Below, piece by piece: positions 54,999 to 64,000 of a DNA stretch of 64,000 nt; position 1 is the first letter of the stretch; every line of letters begins with the position of its first letter. A program made the position numbers and the translations under genes. The notes below the pieces were generated by a model. It was not told where the DNA came from and made no database searches. It saw nothing but the letters and a program-made list of their open reading frames with translations. Location: UHGV virus genome UHGV-1370141. The stretch is one strand, 5' to 3'. The DNA is from a virus.

Positions 54999-56609
54999 TT
55001 AATAACGAACTGGTGCAGTAACGTCACCTGTGCTCAGTAGCGAATAAACATGAGACGGGGTCTTAAGTTTAATGAACGCTTCTGGTGCTTTCTGGTTAAT
55101 GACTTCGTAGATTGAAACAATCGGTTCGAAGCTGTTACCAAACGATGAGATTTCCACGATATGGCGATCGTTAGCGGATTGATAATCTGCTTGCAGAGAA
55201 ATCGTGTACGTTACCTGAGACAGTTCAATAGCTTTATTATCGCAGGTCAGACGAATGTGCAGCTTACGCAGAGAACGCGCGATCAGCAGGAACATTTCAC
55301 GGAAATAATCCGCAGACTTGCTCACACCATTTTCACCGATGGTACGACCATACACTGTCTCTTTAAAGTAGGTCATGTCATCCAGGCAGCATTCCAACTG
55401 TACGAATTTCGTACCCGGAACGTCTTTACCGTAAGCAGATGCCACGGAGATGGCGTTGTGAACCAGCACAGTTAATGTTGCAATGAAACGACGAGTAAAC
55501 ATTGAACATTCGCTACGATACGTTTCATTCTCATCAGATTTGGTGAGGAAGTACATTAACAAACGTTGTGCAAGGTCACGCAGTCTGAAGACGTCATTAG
55601 AAACACGCTCCATCAGCTTTTCAATATCGTCAATATCACGTACGGTATCGAGATCGTCGATAATCTGGCGAACCGAACTATAAAACTCCTGGAGATACAC
55701 CGCAGAAGTTTCAGTCTGTGCCATCGGATACAGACGATATTCGCTTTCGACTTTCACCATGATACCCGCATCGTCATACGAGCAATATTGTTTGTCGTTA
55801 TCTTCAACCAGTTCACTAACCTTATCACCCCAGTCACGATGTTCTGCATACACAGAATTCTTGACGCGTGTATTAGCTTCTTTCGGCGAAACAACGTTTT
55901 GCTGAATCTTTTCTTTCAGCTCGTGATCTAAATAGTCTTCCACAATTTCTACCCGCAAAATGTCATGGTGAGGACGGTTAGCACGTTGAATGATATCATC
56001 CATCGTTTCCTTATTCATATCCACAGGCTTGCTTTTGTTCATCACTTCCTGCGGAACAGTCGGCTGAATAATAGCAGGCTGCGTTTGCGGCTGAGGTTGA
56101 GGTTGCGGAGTACCGCCGAATACCGGAGCGGGTTGTACAGGTTGCACTGTTACACCTGCCGGAGTATAGCTGGCCATCGGTACAGAAGAACCCTGAATCG
56201 GTGCAGTTGATTGCGCATTCTGTGAATTCTGAATACCGAAGTTAACCGGTTCAGTACGTACACCGAAACCACCCTGCCCGGCACGACGGGCTTCTTCTGC
56301 AAGTTGATTTGCCAGCACAAACGCTTTCTCTAACGCGCTATGAATTTCCGGCTGCAACGGCGTCAGACCTAAACCTAACAGACGGCTATACAGCGTTGCC
56401 TTAAAGGTTTCGATAACCGCAACGTTAGTCTGGTCGTTAGGACGACGGTTTTGCAGATACCAGTTACCCACAATGCACGCTGCATTAACAAACGGATCTT
56501 CTTTTATCCCCTTCGCGTTCATCGCGTCGACGAGATAGTTCAACAGCTGATCCTGTTTAGCCATAAAAACTTTCAAGATAAATTCACGAGTTTCGCTGTA
56601 GCTTGCCAT
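54999..56609 (-). CDS. hypothetical protein with Pro/Gln-rich linker
   Basis: 536 aa; internal PQPQPQTQP low-complexity linker. Confidence 0.55.
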   Translation of the reverse strand: MASYSETREFILKVFMAKQDQLLNYLVDAMNAKGIKEDPFVNAACIVGNWYLQNRRPNDQTNVAVIETFKATLYSRLLGLGLTPLQPEIHSALEKAFVLANQLAEEARRAGQGGFGVRTEPVNFGIQNSQNAQSTAPIQGSSVPMASYTPAGVTVQPVQPAPVFGGTPQPQPQPQTQPAIIQPTVPQEVMNKSKPVDMNKETMDDIIQRANRPHHDILRVEIVEDYLDHELKEKIQQNVVSPKEANTRVKNSVYAEHRDWGDKVSELVEDNDKQYCSYDDAGIMVKVESEYRLYPMAQTETSAVYLQEFYSSVRQIIDDLDTVRDIDDIEKLMERVSNDVFRLRDLAQRLLMYFLTKSDENETYRSECSMFTRRFIATLTVLVHNAISVASAYGKDVPGTKFVQLECCLDDMTYFKETVYGRTIGENGVSKSADYFREMFLLIARSLRKLHIRLTCDNKAIELSQVTYTISLQADYQSANDRHIVEISSFGNSFEPIVSIYEVINQKAPEAFIKLKTPSHVYSLLSTGDVTAPVRY

Positions 56610-56648
56610 TCTTAATTCTCCTAATAGGTCTTAATACGTCTTTCGTGG

Positions 56649-58424
56649 TTAACGGCCAATCTTCGCAATATCTTCTTCGGTTGCTTGGATTAACTCGTCA
56701 AGTTTTGGATTACGAACCATCACTAACTGACGGTTAGTTTTCATGTACGGGTTAAGGACACCCCATTTGAACGGGGACGATTTCGGAATGTAATAAACGT
56801 TACCGCACTCCAGATGCGATGCAGAAGCGTGTTTCGTACGGTCGTTAAGGTTAACCGTTTTACCGCCTTTGCTGTTACGTTTAGATTCCGTTTCAGTTTG
56901 ACTAATCGCGTGTGTGGATACTCCTAACACCATGGACTCTGTTGATGCGTTGAAATAACTTACACCGCCGTTACCAGTGATATTACGCAACACCAGACTC
57001 GTGACAATTTCTTTATTGAGTGCGCTACGAATCATATTCGCGCAGGATTCTGGCGAACGATTCTCCGTTTGTCCCAGATGGAAACGAATAGCCGCTACCG
57101 TTGGTGTAAACCCACGGTCACCTAACAGTAAGTAGTCAGTCACGGTTAAACGTTTTCCGTACATCGACGGAATGTCACCCTGTTTAGTCAAACGGGTACG
57201 TACCATCAGTTTCGTTGCATACCAGAAGAAATCAAACATATCCATGTCGTCTGGAATGTCAGGATCGGTCATCTTCAGTTCTGCACGGAACGTTGAGTTA
57301 ACGTAGCGATCGCATTCGGTATAATGTTTCGCCATACTGTGTGCTAACTCAATATCGGAAGGTTTTAGTCCTACGATACTTCTTCCCAGAATCTCACGCC
57401 AAATCGGAGCAGAGTTCAGGTTAGCAATATCGTCTTCCATCGCTAACTCGTTAATTGCAGTAAACAGCGGCGGGAGCGGCGTGACGTTACCGTTCTTAAT
57501 GGATTGTTTACTGCAATAGTAGTGAGCGGCTTTGAAGAACGCAGCAATTGCGGCCAGCAACAAATGCTCGTTTTGATCCCAACCAACTTTATCCACGTTC
57601 GGCAATGCTTCTGCGGGTACGACAACCGCGTACATTATCGAACGGTTATATTTCGATTCACCGGAACTGATTACAACTTTCTCGTTGAGATCGAGTTCTG
57701 GGATCTTAAACGATGGATAAATTTCTACGTCAACACCAGTATAGCGTTTAATCGCTTCTTTAAATCCATAACGTCCGAACAACCAATACATTAACGGTTT
57801 CTCGTCGGTATCAGGATGTGTTGCGTTCTTCGCTTTGAACAGGTTTTTGGTTCCTGGTAAGAATAGCTCCTCTTTTTTACCGTTGACTAACACACGGACA
57901 GGTTGCTTACAGAATTTCAACGAGGCTTTACGTTTAAAGTCAAAGTTAACAAATACCCCACCGTGTTCGCGACAGATACCTGGCTGGTGAATAACCGGTG
58001 CAACATGATACGTCGTACCGTAATAGTTCATTAAACCACCACGACGGATAAAGGGTAAGTTAATCGGTCTTGAGATCGGTCGAGAATCTCCTGGAATACG
58101 GAATGTTGACATGACCATATACGCATCGGTATTCGCAATGGACATCACACCACGACGTCTATCCATTCTGCTGCTCTCAGAACGAGACAGCTTATAGATG
58201 AACGTTTCAAACGGTGACATTAACCGTACACCTAATACAGCCAGCCCTTCAGGAACACGCGGATTATCAACAGGATGATAATCCAGCTCACGTTTCAAGA
58301 TAATCTGAACACGCTCGTGTATACCGTCTTTGGCCTGTGTATAACCGACACCTTCCGCAATCGCTCGGTTAAAGGGTACTATTTTGCCATCCTCTTTAAG
58401 CTTTCTGATTGCATCTTTAAACAC
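56649..58424 (-). CDS. hypothetical protein
   Basis: 591-aa ORF with a tight gap to the neighbouring gene. Confidence 0.55.
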   Translation of the reverse strand: MFKDAIRKLKEDGKIVPFNRAIAEGVGYTQAKDGIHERVQIILKRELDYHPVDNPRVPEGLAVLGVRLMSPFETFIYKLSRSESSRMDRRRGVMSIANTDAYMVMSTFRIPGDSRPISRPINLPFIRRGGLMNYYGTTYHVAPVIHQPGICREHGGVFVNFDFKRKASLKFCKQPVRVLVNGKKEELFLPGTKNLFKAKNATHPDTDEKPLMYWLFGRYGFKEAIKRYTGVDVEIYPSFKIPELDLNEKVVISSGESKYNRSIMYAVVVPAEALPNVDKVGWDQNEHLLLAAIAAFFKAAHYYCSKQSIKNGNVTPLPPLFTAINELAMEDDIANLNSAPIWREILGRSIVGLKPSDIELAHSMAKHYTECDRYVNSTFRAELKMTDPDIPDDMDMFDFFWYATKLMVRTRLTKQGDIPSMYGKRLTVTDYLLLGDRGFTPTVAAIRFHLGQTENRSPESCANMIRSALNKEIVTSLVLRNITGNGGVSYFNASTESMVLGVSTHAISQTETESKRNSKGGKTVNLNDRTKHASASHLECGNVYYIPKSSPFKWGVLNPYMKTNRQLVMVRNPKLDELIQATEEDIAKIGR

Positions 58425-58434
58425 GCCACGCTCC

Positions 58435-59445
58435 TTATTTTAGCATCCCTATAAATGCGACACCCGCCGCCAGATACGCAGGGACTGATTTAAATAGGTC
58501 TGACCCATCTTTACGAATGTAAGAACGAGTCTCGTAGAATTCTTTTCGTGCCTCTGCCCGAGACTTTGCTTCTAGTTCTTGTTGTTTATACGCTAGAGTC
58601 AAACGCTCCTTTTCCAAAGCCAAATTCTGTAGTTGTTTTTTGTGTTCTATTTCCAGTTTGTCTTTTGCCGAATCCAAACTTTCTAATTTTTCTCTGTATT
58701 GACTTTCCAGCTTTTCCTTTATCTCGTGAATATCCGGTAACGTTTCTTGCCATCGAAACGCAGTGGCTGTTTCTTTATCTTTAAAAACACGGAACGGTGA
58801 CAATAAGTCATCGAACTCGAAGTGAATCATCCTGCTCCCTTCTACTTTGTCTCCACCTCCGATTACCATATACACACCCGGTTCGTAATACCGTGATAGT
58901 ACCGGTTGTACTTCCATGCGCGTTCCGTAGAATCTAATCCAACGATATAGTTCGGGATCGTCGTAACGCTGCACAACAATAACACCTAATGTAAATTCAG
59001 TTCTCTCACCTCCTGGTCTTACGCTCGGTGGCGTACTTTCTAATCGAACTGGTGTAATTGAAAATGCGAATCCTAGCTGCTTCAATACAACCAAGTCCCC
59101 ACGTAATAAAGCACCGATATCGTCAACCACGTATCGGAGTGTGACCTCTCCTTTCTCCTTTAAATCTGCACAAAATTTAGTGAATTGTTTTTCTGGTAAG
59201 ACTTCTGCAAACCCGTTCAGGTTAGCCAGATTTCCGAACGATTGATACGTTACATAAACAACAACCCCATGCTCATCAGCCGGGCTTTTGGACGGAGTTA
59301 AAATAAAGCTACCGCCACTGGTTTCAGTGACGTAAATTGGCACACCAGTATTATTCTCAAAAGTGATGAGTTTTTGTAGTCCTGACTTTTGATACAACGA
59401 ACGGTCAGTAATACTGGGTACCACATCAATATCAAGACGGTTCAT
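58435..59445 (-). CDS. hypothetical protein with C-terminal coiled coil and membrane anchor
   Basis: 336 aa; C-terminal region is heptad-rich (KEKLESQYREKLESL..) and ends in a hydrophobic segment (PAYLAAGVAFIGML). Confidence 0.5.
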   Translation of the reverse strand: MNRLDIDVVPSITDRSLYQKSGLQKLITFENNTGVPIYVTETSGGSFILTPSKSPADEHGVVVYVTYQSFGNLANLNGFAEVLPEKQFTKFCADLKEKGEVTLRYVVDDIGALLRGDLVVLKQLGFAFSITPVRLESTPPSVRPGGERTEFTLGVIVVQRYDDPELYRWIRFYGTRMEVQPVLSRYYEPGVYMVIGGGDKVEGSRMIHFEFDDLLSPFRVFKDKETATAFRWQETLPDIHEIKEKLESQYREKLESLDSAKDKLEIEHKKQLQNLALEKERLTLAYKQQELEAKSRAEARKEFYETRSYIRKDGSDLFKSVPAYLAAGVAFIGMLK

Positions 59446-59586
59446 GTAGGGGCCAGATTAAGTTTTAATAATGGTACATATCTTTAGTCTTAAATGTATT
59501 TTTTCCATAAAGTCTCCTTTAAACCAACTGACAGTCTCCCTTTGATAATATCTATCCAAAAAATAATAGAAAGAAAAAAATAAAAG

Positions 59587-59610
59587 GTCTAAGCCCCGAA
59601 GGGCTTAGAC
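59587..59610 (-). terminator. rho-independent terminator
   Basis: gtctaagccc-cgaa-gggcttagac flanked by an A-run on the plus strand (T-run on minus), directly after the stop of the 761-aa gene. Confidence 0.7.
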
Positions 59611-59625
59611 ACTTTTTATTCGGTA

Positions 59626-61911
59626 TTATTTACCAGCTTTGTCTTTACCGTCGCCAGCAACATTACCTGCTACACCACCTTCGGTTTGTTTCTGGCCGTT
59701 CTGTTCTACAGAAACGTTGTAAGCCAGTTTTTCTTCAACCAGTTTAGTGATGCCTTTAACCCAAATCAGACCAGTGATCGGGCAGTGGCAGATATGCGCG
59801 TTACGCGGCTGTACAGCCAGTTCTTTAGAAGTAGAACTGTTACGCTGGATGTTGATGTTGGTAACCATGATCGGAGACCAGAAGTGGTTACCCCAGTTCA
59901 GTACGCAGTAGGAACCATCGTCCGCAGTCGGAACTTTCAGGAACCATTGCAGACGACGAGTCCAGGAATCGTCAGCTGCGTTGTAGATACGCCAGCGGTC
60001 ATCGTTGGTGGTAACGACTTCGTATTCATAACGGTCGCCCAGCAGACGTTGGTCGCCCTGAACCAGCAGCAGCATGGATGCAGTCGGTTCGTCAGTTGCG
60101 ATAATAACTTTCGGCAGAATGTCCGGATCAGCGGTCAGCAGGCGCAGTGCAGGAATGAAACGAGAATCCTGGATAGCCTGAGTTACCTGGCTACCGATAC
60201 GCTGCAACAGACCCTGACGAGCGTTGATCAGCGCTTCTTTGGTATCCAGAGACTGAACAACTTCATCGACTTTGTAGTCAGACTCTTTGAACCACGGAGC
60301 AACCCAGTGACGGCCCAGACCACGGATAGCCGGTTTGTCCCACGGAGTGATCATCGCAGCGGCTGCGTTACGTACTGCTTCGGTGTAAGACAGCGTCTGA
60401 GTAATAGCCAGCTGTTCGTTACGGATGTTCACCGCAGAGATCAGGTCGTCCAGACGTTCAGTGTCGTCGTATTCAACACCAACCGGAGACTTGGTCAGAA
60501 TCGGAGAACCGTATTGCAGTTTGTAGTTTTCCTGTTCCCAAATTGGGTCAAGCAGCAGACCCTGGGTACGACGGTTTTCGTTGGTACGAGTACCATCGAA
60601 GCGCCAGCCCATCAGCTCGAGCTTCAGGCCGTCCAGGATAACTTTACCGGTACCAGACTTGGTATCAACTTTGTTACCAGTTGCATCGTACAGACCTTCG
60701 ATTTCCAGTTTGTGGCCGGAAATGTCTACTTTACCACCGAACTGGCCGCTGGTGAACAGGGACATGGTGATGGTGATAACGTAGCGCAGGGTGTAGGAGT
60801 TCTGGCCCAGTGCTTGCAGAGCCGGAATAGCTGCACCAGTCCAGTCGGTAGTTTTCGCATTCAGAGAGAACGCGGTACGACGGAATTGCAGAACCAGTTC
60901 ACGGCCGTCACCTTCAGCAGGACGCTGGAAGGTTGCGAACTGCATGTCACGAACGTGCAGTTTGATGAATTTACCCGCTTTCGCTTCTTCGGTCGGTTTA
61001 CGTACAGAAATCAGCAGGCTGCCCAGAGCACAACCCGGTGCGATTTCATCAGTTTCATCGTAACCTTCCTGAACGATACCCGGATGCGCAGACAGCTGGA
61101 ACAGGTTCAGCGTGTCGTTTGCAAAGCTCAGGTAGTTAGTCGGATACGGAGGTACACGACCCAGGCGAACGGTTTCGTTCGGAACCAGTTCTTCGCTTAC
61201 GAAGTATTCCTGGTTTTCACCGGTTTCCATTACGTAAGGAACGATGTTGATCGCTTCGTCCTGGAGAACGGTGTGGTCAGTCAGTGCGTTGTGCAGCGGA
61301 CGACGATGGTCTTCAACCACGTCTTTGCTCAGCAGCGCGTTCATGATACCGCGAGAAACGGTAGTCACTTTAGTACGTACGGTAATACCAACATCGTTGG
61401 TGTCAACGGTAATGGTCGGGAACAGCGTTTCAGCAAACTTGGACTGAGTTTCCAGAGCACGTACGTTCAGGGTCCAGGTCAGGCCCAGGTTTTTGTCGTA
61501 GTCTTTGTTGCTGTAGTATTCCTGAGCAACAACCATGCGCTCACGACCCCAGTCACCACCTTGCGCACCAGGGATACCAATATCCAGGTTATACTTGCTG
61601 TGGAATTCCGGCTTAGCGTATTCCTGGGCAACACGTTCTTGCAGGTCTTTACCGTGGTTAGCTGCGCCCAGAATCATTGCGGAGGCGACAGTCGCAGCAT
61701 GAGACATTTTCTTGCCACCAAAAGCGTTGGCATAGTGCTGTGATGCTTCGTCACGCAGAGCGCCAAACACTTTTGCGTTGCTACGTACGGACTCGCCTGC
61801 AACAATCGTGTTCCACATTTCGCTGGCGGTGTTGTTGCCGATGACGTTTTGGGCCAGACTAGTACCGGCTTCTACGAGTTTCTCTAAATTAGAGATTCGG
61901 GTATCTTTCAT
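59626..61911 (-). CDS. major virion structural protein (candidate major capsid or tail sheath protein)
   Basis: 761 aa; codon usage looks the most biased in the window; own strong terminator; the antisense strand gives a long artefactual ORF typical of highly biased genes. Confidence 0.55.
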   Translation of the reverse strand: MKDTRISNLEKLVEAGTSLAQNVIGNNTASEMWNTIVAGESVRSNAKVFGALRDEASQHYANAFGGKKMSHAATVASAMILGAANHGKDLQERVAQEYAKPEFHSKYNLDIGIPGAQGGDWGRERMVVAQEYYSNKDYDKNLGLTWTLNVRALETQSKFAETLFPTITVDTNDVGITVRTKVTTVSRGIMNALLSKDVVEDHRRPLHNALTDHTVLQDEAINIVPYVMETGENQEYFVSEELVPNETVRLGRVPPYPTNYLSFANDTLNLFQLSAHPGIVQEGYDETDEIAPGCALGSLLISVRKPTEEAKAGKFIKLHVRDMQFATFQRPAEGDGRELVLQFRRTAFSLNAKTTDWTGAAIPALQALGQNSYTLRYVITITMSLFTSGQFGGKVDISGHKLEIEGLYDATGNKVDTKSGTGKVILDGLKLELMGWRFDGTRTNENRRTQGLLLDPIWEQENYKLQYGSPILTKSPVGVEYDDTERLDDLISAVNIRNEQLAITQTLSYTEAVRNAAAAMITPWDKPAIRGLGRHWVAPWFKESDYKVDEVVQSLDTKEALINARQGLLQRIGSQVTQAIQDSRFIPALRLLTADPDILPKVIIATDEPTASMLLLVQGDQRLLGDRYEYEVVTTNDDRWRIYNAADDSWTRRLQWFLKVPTADDGSYCVLNWGNHFWSPIMVTNINIQRNSSTSKELAVQPRNAHICHCPITGLIWVKGITKLVEEKLAYNVSVEQNGQKQTEGGVAGNVAGDGKDKAGK

Positions 61912-61923
61912 TTGTTTAATACC

Positions 61924-62448
61924 TTAATGAGATAAATGACATGCGTATAATTGCGTCAGCACTTCGTTAGCGGCAAACTGCGTTGAGGTACTGAAGCAGT
62001 CATCCACGACGCGAGTCTTGGTACGCATATATTTAAAAAGTTCTGCGCAGAACATCTTTTTCGCAGCGTGGTCTTCACCCGAAGAAAAACCCGAACCGGA
62101 CTTCGCTTCTGCAAATGACGCCACAATCGTATCACCACGTTGGGTAAAGACCCAGCGTAAGCGACAAGGAATTGTTTCCCCATATAAATCGTCAAGGGAA
62201 ACCTTTTCGCCTGATTCGACCAGACGTAACACCTGATCATAATATTTACCTGGAAGTACAGGCGGAGCCATTAACGCTTTATAAATAGCAGAACGACTTA
62301 CTTCAGGTATAATGATAGAACTGAAACCATTCGGACAGTCATATAACCAGTTAAAGAACCCTGCCTGGAGCAATTCTACACTTTTAACGGCAGCGCCTTT
62401 ATCTATGTTAGGCTGAACTTCCCACGGTGGACTAAAACGAATTTGCAT
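61924..62448 (-). CDS. hypothetical protein
   Basis: 174-aa ORF immediately upstream of, and co-oriented with, the 761-aa gene. Confidence 0.5.
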   Translation of the reverse strand: MQIRFSPPWEVQPNIDKGAAVKSVELLQAGFFNWLYDCPNGFSSIIIPEVSRSAIYKALMAPPVLPGKYYDQVLRLVESGEKVSLDDLYGETIPCRLRWVFTQRGDTIVASFAEAKSGSGFSSGEDHAAKKMFCAELFKYMRTKTRVVDDCFSTSTQFAANEVLTQLYACHLSH

Positions 62449-62461
62449 TTAAGGATGCTCC

Positions 62462-64000
62462 ATGAATAACAAAATGATGTTGATAACCGCATTAGCCACA
62501 CTATACACTGAAAGTTTGCTGACCGACCCTGAGAAGGATCACGAGGTCATAAGAAAAGTGCTGTTAGAGGCTAAGCTTCCTGATTACGTAGAGGAAGGTG
62601 ACGAACGTGCCGCCCTCGTCGAAATCAAGGATATCATCACATCCATCATAGACGGCGGTATGCCTTACGACCACACAAACGTCATGAAACGCTTGAAGTT
62701 GGCCACTACGCAAATACGTCCTCTATACGATACGATTACCAAATTCCTGGAAGATGATATTCCAGAAGAACCAGAAGCACGCATCGAGCATCTTAACCGT
62801 CAAGTAGCACAATACTACTTCCAATTACGTCAAGCTATTCAAGGCGTACAACTGAAACAAAAATTAGGTCGTACGTTAGGCGCACTGAACGGAACCGAAA
62901 CGCGCGTTGATTTACAAACGGCGCTCAACGACCTCAGAGATAGTCTCTCTACGTTCAGTGAACGCTCTCATAATAAGATTCCCTCACTAGTTGGTGAGCT
63001 TATTACGGATAACCGTGCACCATTCGTACATGTCTTCGACTCAATCAGTAAGAAAGCAGCGGGTAACGGTTTACGTACCGGATGGAAAGCCATTAACCAG
63101 ATGCTGGGTTGTAACAAAGGGATTACCGAAGAACTTTGGCTAATGCCTGCACTGCCCTTTAACTGTAAATCGCTTTTTAGTCTGTTGTTGTCTATCAGTA
63201 TTCCGGTATTCAATACACCTGAAAAAGTAATGGAAAACGTTAAAGGGGATTTGCAGCCGGTTATTCTCGATTTAAGTTTAGAGAACGAACTGGACGTTAA
63301 CTTGGCGTATGCGTACCAAGCGCTCTACGGTCATTTTGAAGGTGAAGCACCGGTTATGGTTGCTTCTGAAAACGCTACCGACGAAGAGAAAGCTTTGCAC
63401 AACACAAAAATGTCGGACTACCTCTGTAGTAAAATGCGGGCTAACGGTTGGGAGTACATCTTTCAGAAACACACAAACTCAGATTTTAAAATACATTACT
63501 TAAACGACTTAATACTGGACTTAAAGCGTCGAGGTTATCATGTAGCTGGGATTCGCGGAGACTATTTCGGGACTATCAGTAAAGCAGGTCACGGTAACGG
63601 GATTGCCGGTAGCGACATTAAAGAAATTTATCGTATCGCTCGAAACATCCAGGTAGTACGTAACCGTGGTTTCTTGTTAGCGCCACACCAAATCTCACCA
63701 GAAGGCAAAAAATTAAAAGCGTTAGACCCAGCAAGTTTCTGTAAGAACTTACCAGGTCGCGGTCTTTACGATAACTGCTCCAGCTTGGATAACGAAGCTG
63801 ACGGTGAGATGTATTTTAACAAACGTGTTGTCAATGGGCATAGTTACTTAGAAGTACAACGTGGTAAACACCGTACAATTATCGATACTAAAGAAGCTTA
63901 CCATTATACAGTAATACCTTTCCGTGAAGTTGGCATTCTGCCATGGGATTGCGATAAAGAAGAAACAGTAACTGCATCGTCGATTAACGTCTTTACAGGC
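62462..64000 (+). CDS. hypothetical protein, partial (3' end beyond window)
   Basis: ATG at 62462 with an AAGGA RBS; open frame of more than 500 codons with no stop before position 64000; absent from the ORF track because it is unterminated. Confidence 0.6.
   Translation, partial: MNNKMMLITALATLYTESLLTDPEKDHEVIRKVLLEAKLPDYVEEGDERAALVEIKDIITSIIDGGMPYDHTNVMKRLKLATTQIRPLYDTITKFLEDDIPEEPEARIEHLNRQVAQYYFQLRQAIQGVQLKQKLGRTLGALNGTETRVDLQTALNDLRDSLSTFSERSHNKIPSLVGELITDNRAPFVHVFDSISKKAAGNGLRTGWKAINQMLGCNKGITEELWLMPALPFNCKSLFSLLLSISIPVFNTPEKVMENVKGDLQPVILDLSLENELDVNLAYAYQALYGHFEGEAPVMVASENATDEEKALHNTKMSDYLCSKMRANGWEYIFQKHTNSDFKIHYLNDLILDLKRRGYHVAGIRGDYFGTISKAGHGNGIAGSDIKEIYRIARNIQVVRNRGFLLAPHQISPEGKKLKALDPASFCKNLPGRGLYDNCSSLDNEADGEMYFNKRVVNGHSYLEVQRGKHRTIIDTKEAYHYTVIPFREVGILPWDCDKEETVTASSINVFTG

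Noticed and set aside
59686-61743. 685-aa plus-strand ORF
   Set aside because: Lies entirely antisense to the strongly codon-biased 761-aa gene; its translation is low complexity (V/F/R/Q-rich) and it lacks an RBS, so it is a typical antisense artefact.
1-64000. Prophage boundaries / integrase / att sites
   Set aside because: No integrase or recombinase motif, no flanking host housekeeping genes and no att-like direct repeats were seen; the region looks like a lytic phage genome segment.
1-64000. tRNA or other structured RNA genes
   Set aside because: Intergenic regions are short and mostly taken up by terminator hairpins and promoter-like motifs; none looked like a cloverleaf by eye. A tRNAscan-type search would be needed to exclude tRNAs.

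Overview
This window reads as a densely packed stretch of a large virulent enterobacterial phage genome (likely a big myovirus or jumbo phage). No integrase, att-like repeats, rRNA or CRISPR array were seen, and I found no tRNA by eye. Coding is organised in strand blocks: plus 1-4694, minus 4764-5938, plus 6041-6520, minus 6641-51522, plus 51534-54251, minus 54318-62448, plus 62462 to the window end. The most unusual content is at the left edge: two small Cys-rich peptides with period-4 CX3C spacing sit directly upstream of two radical SAM enzymes, one with a SPASM-like C-terminal Cys cluster, which looks like a phage-borne SCIFF/ranthipeptide-like RiPP cassette. Supported functional calls elsewhere are a long tail fiber (tandem fibre repeats plus a C-terminal S74-type intramolecular chaperone domain), a GH108 lysozyme, an M15 peptidase, Dam methyltransferase, thymidylate kinase, GNAT acetyltransferases, an HTH regulator and a RuvC-like resolvase. 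The receptor-binding region carries duplicated gene modules that share an N-terminal anchor domain, an anchor gene separated from a 1001-aa ORF by a single in-frame TAA, and homopolymeric G/C tracts. Most other ORFs are hypothetical; all functional calls rest on motifs read from the translations, not on database searches.
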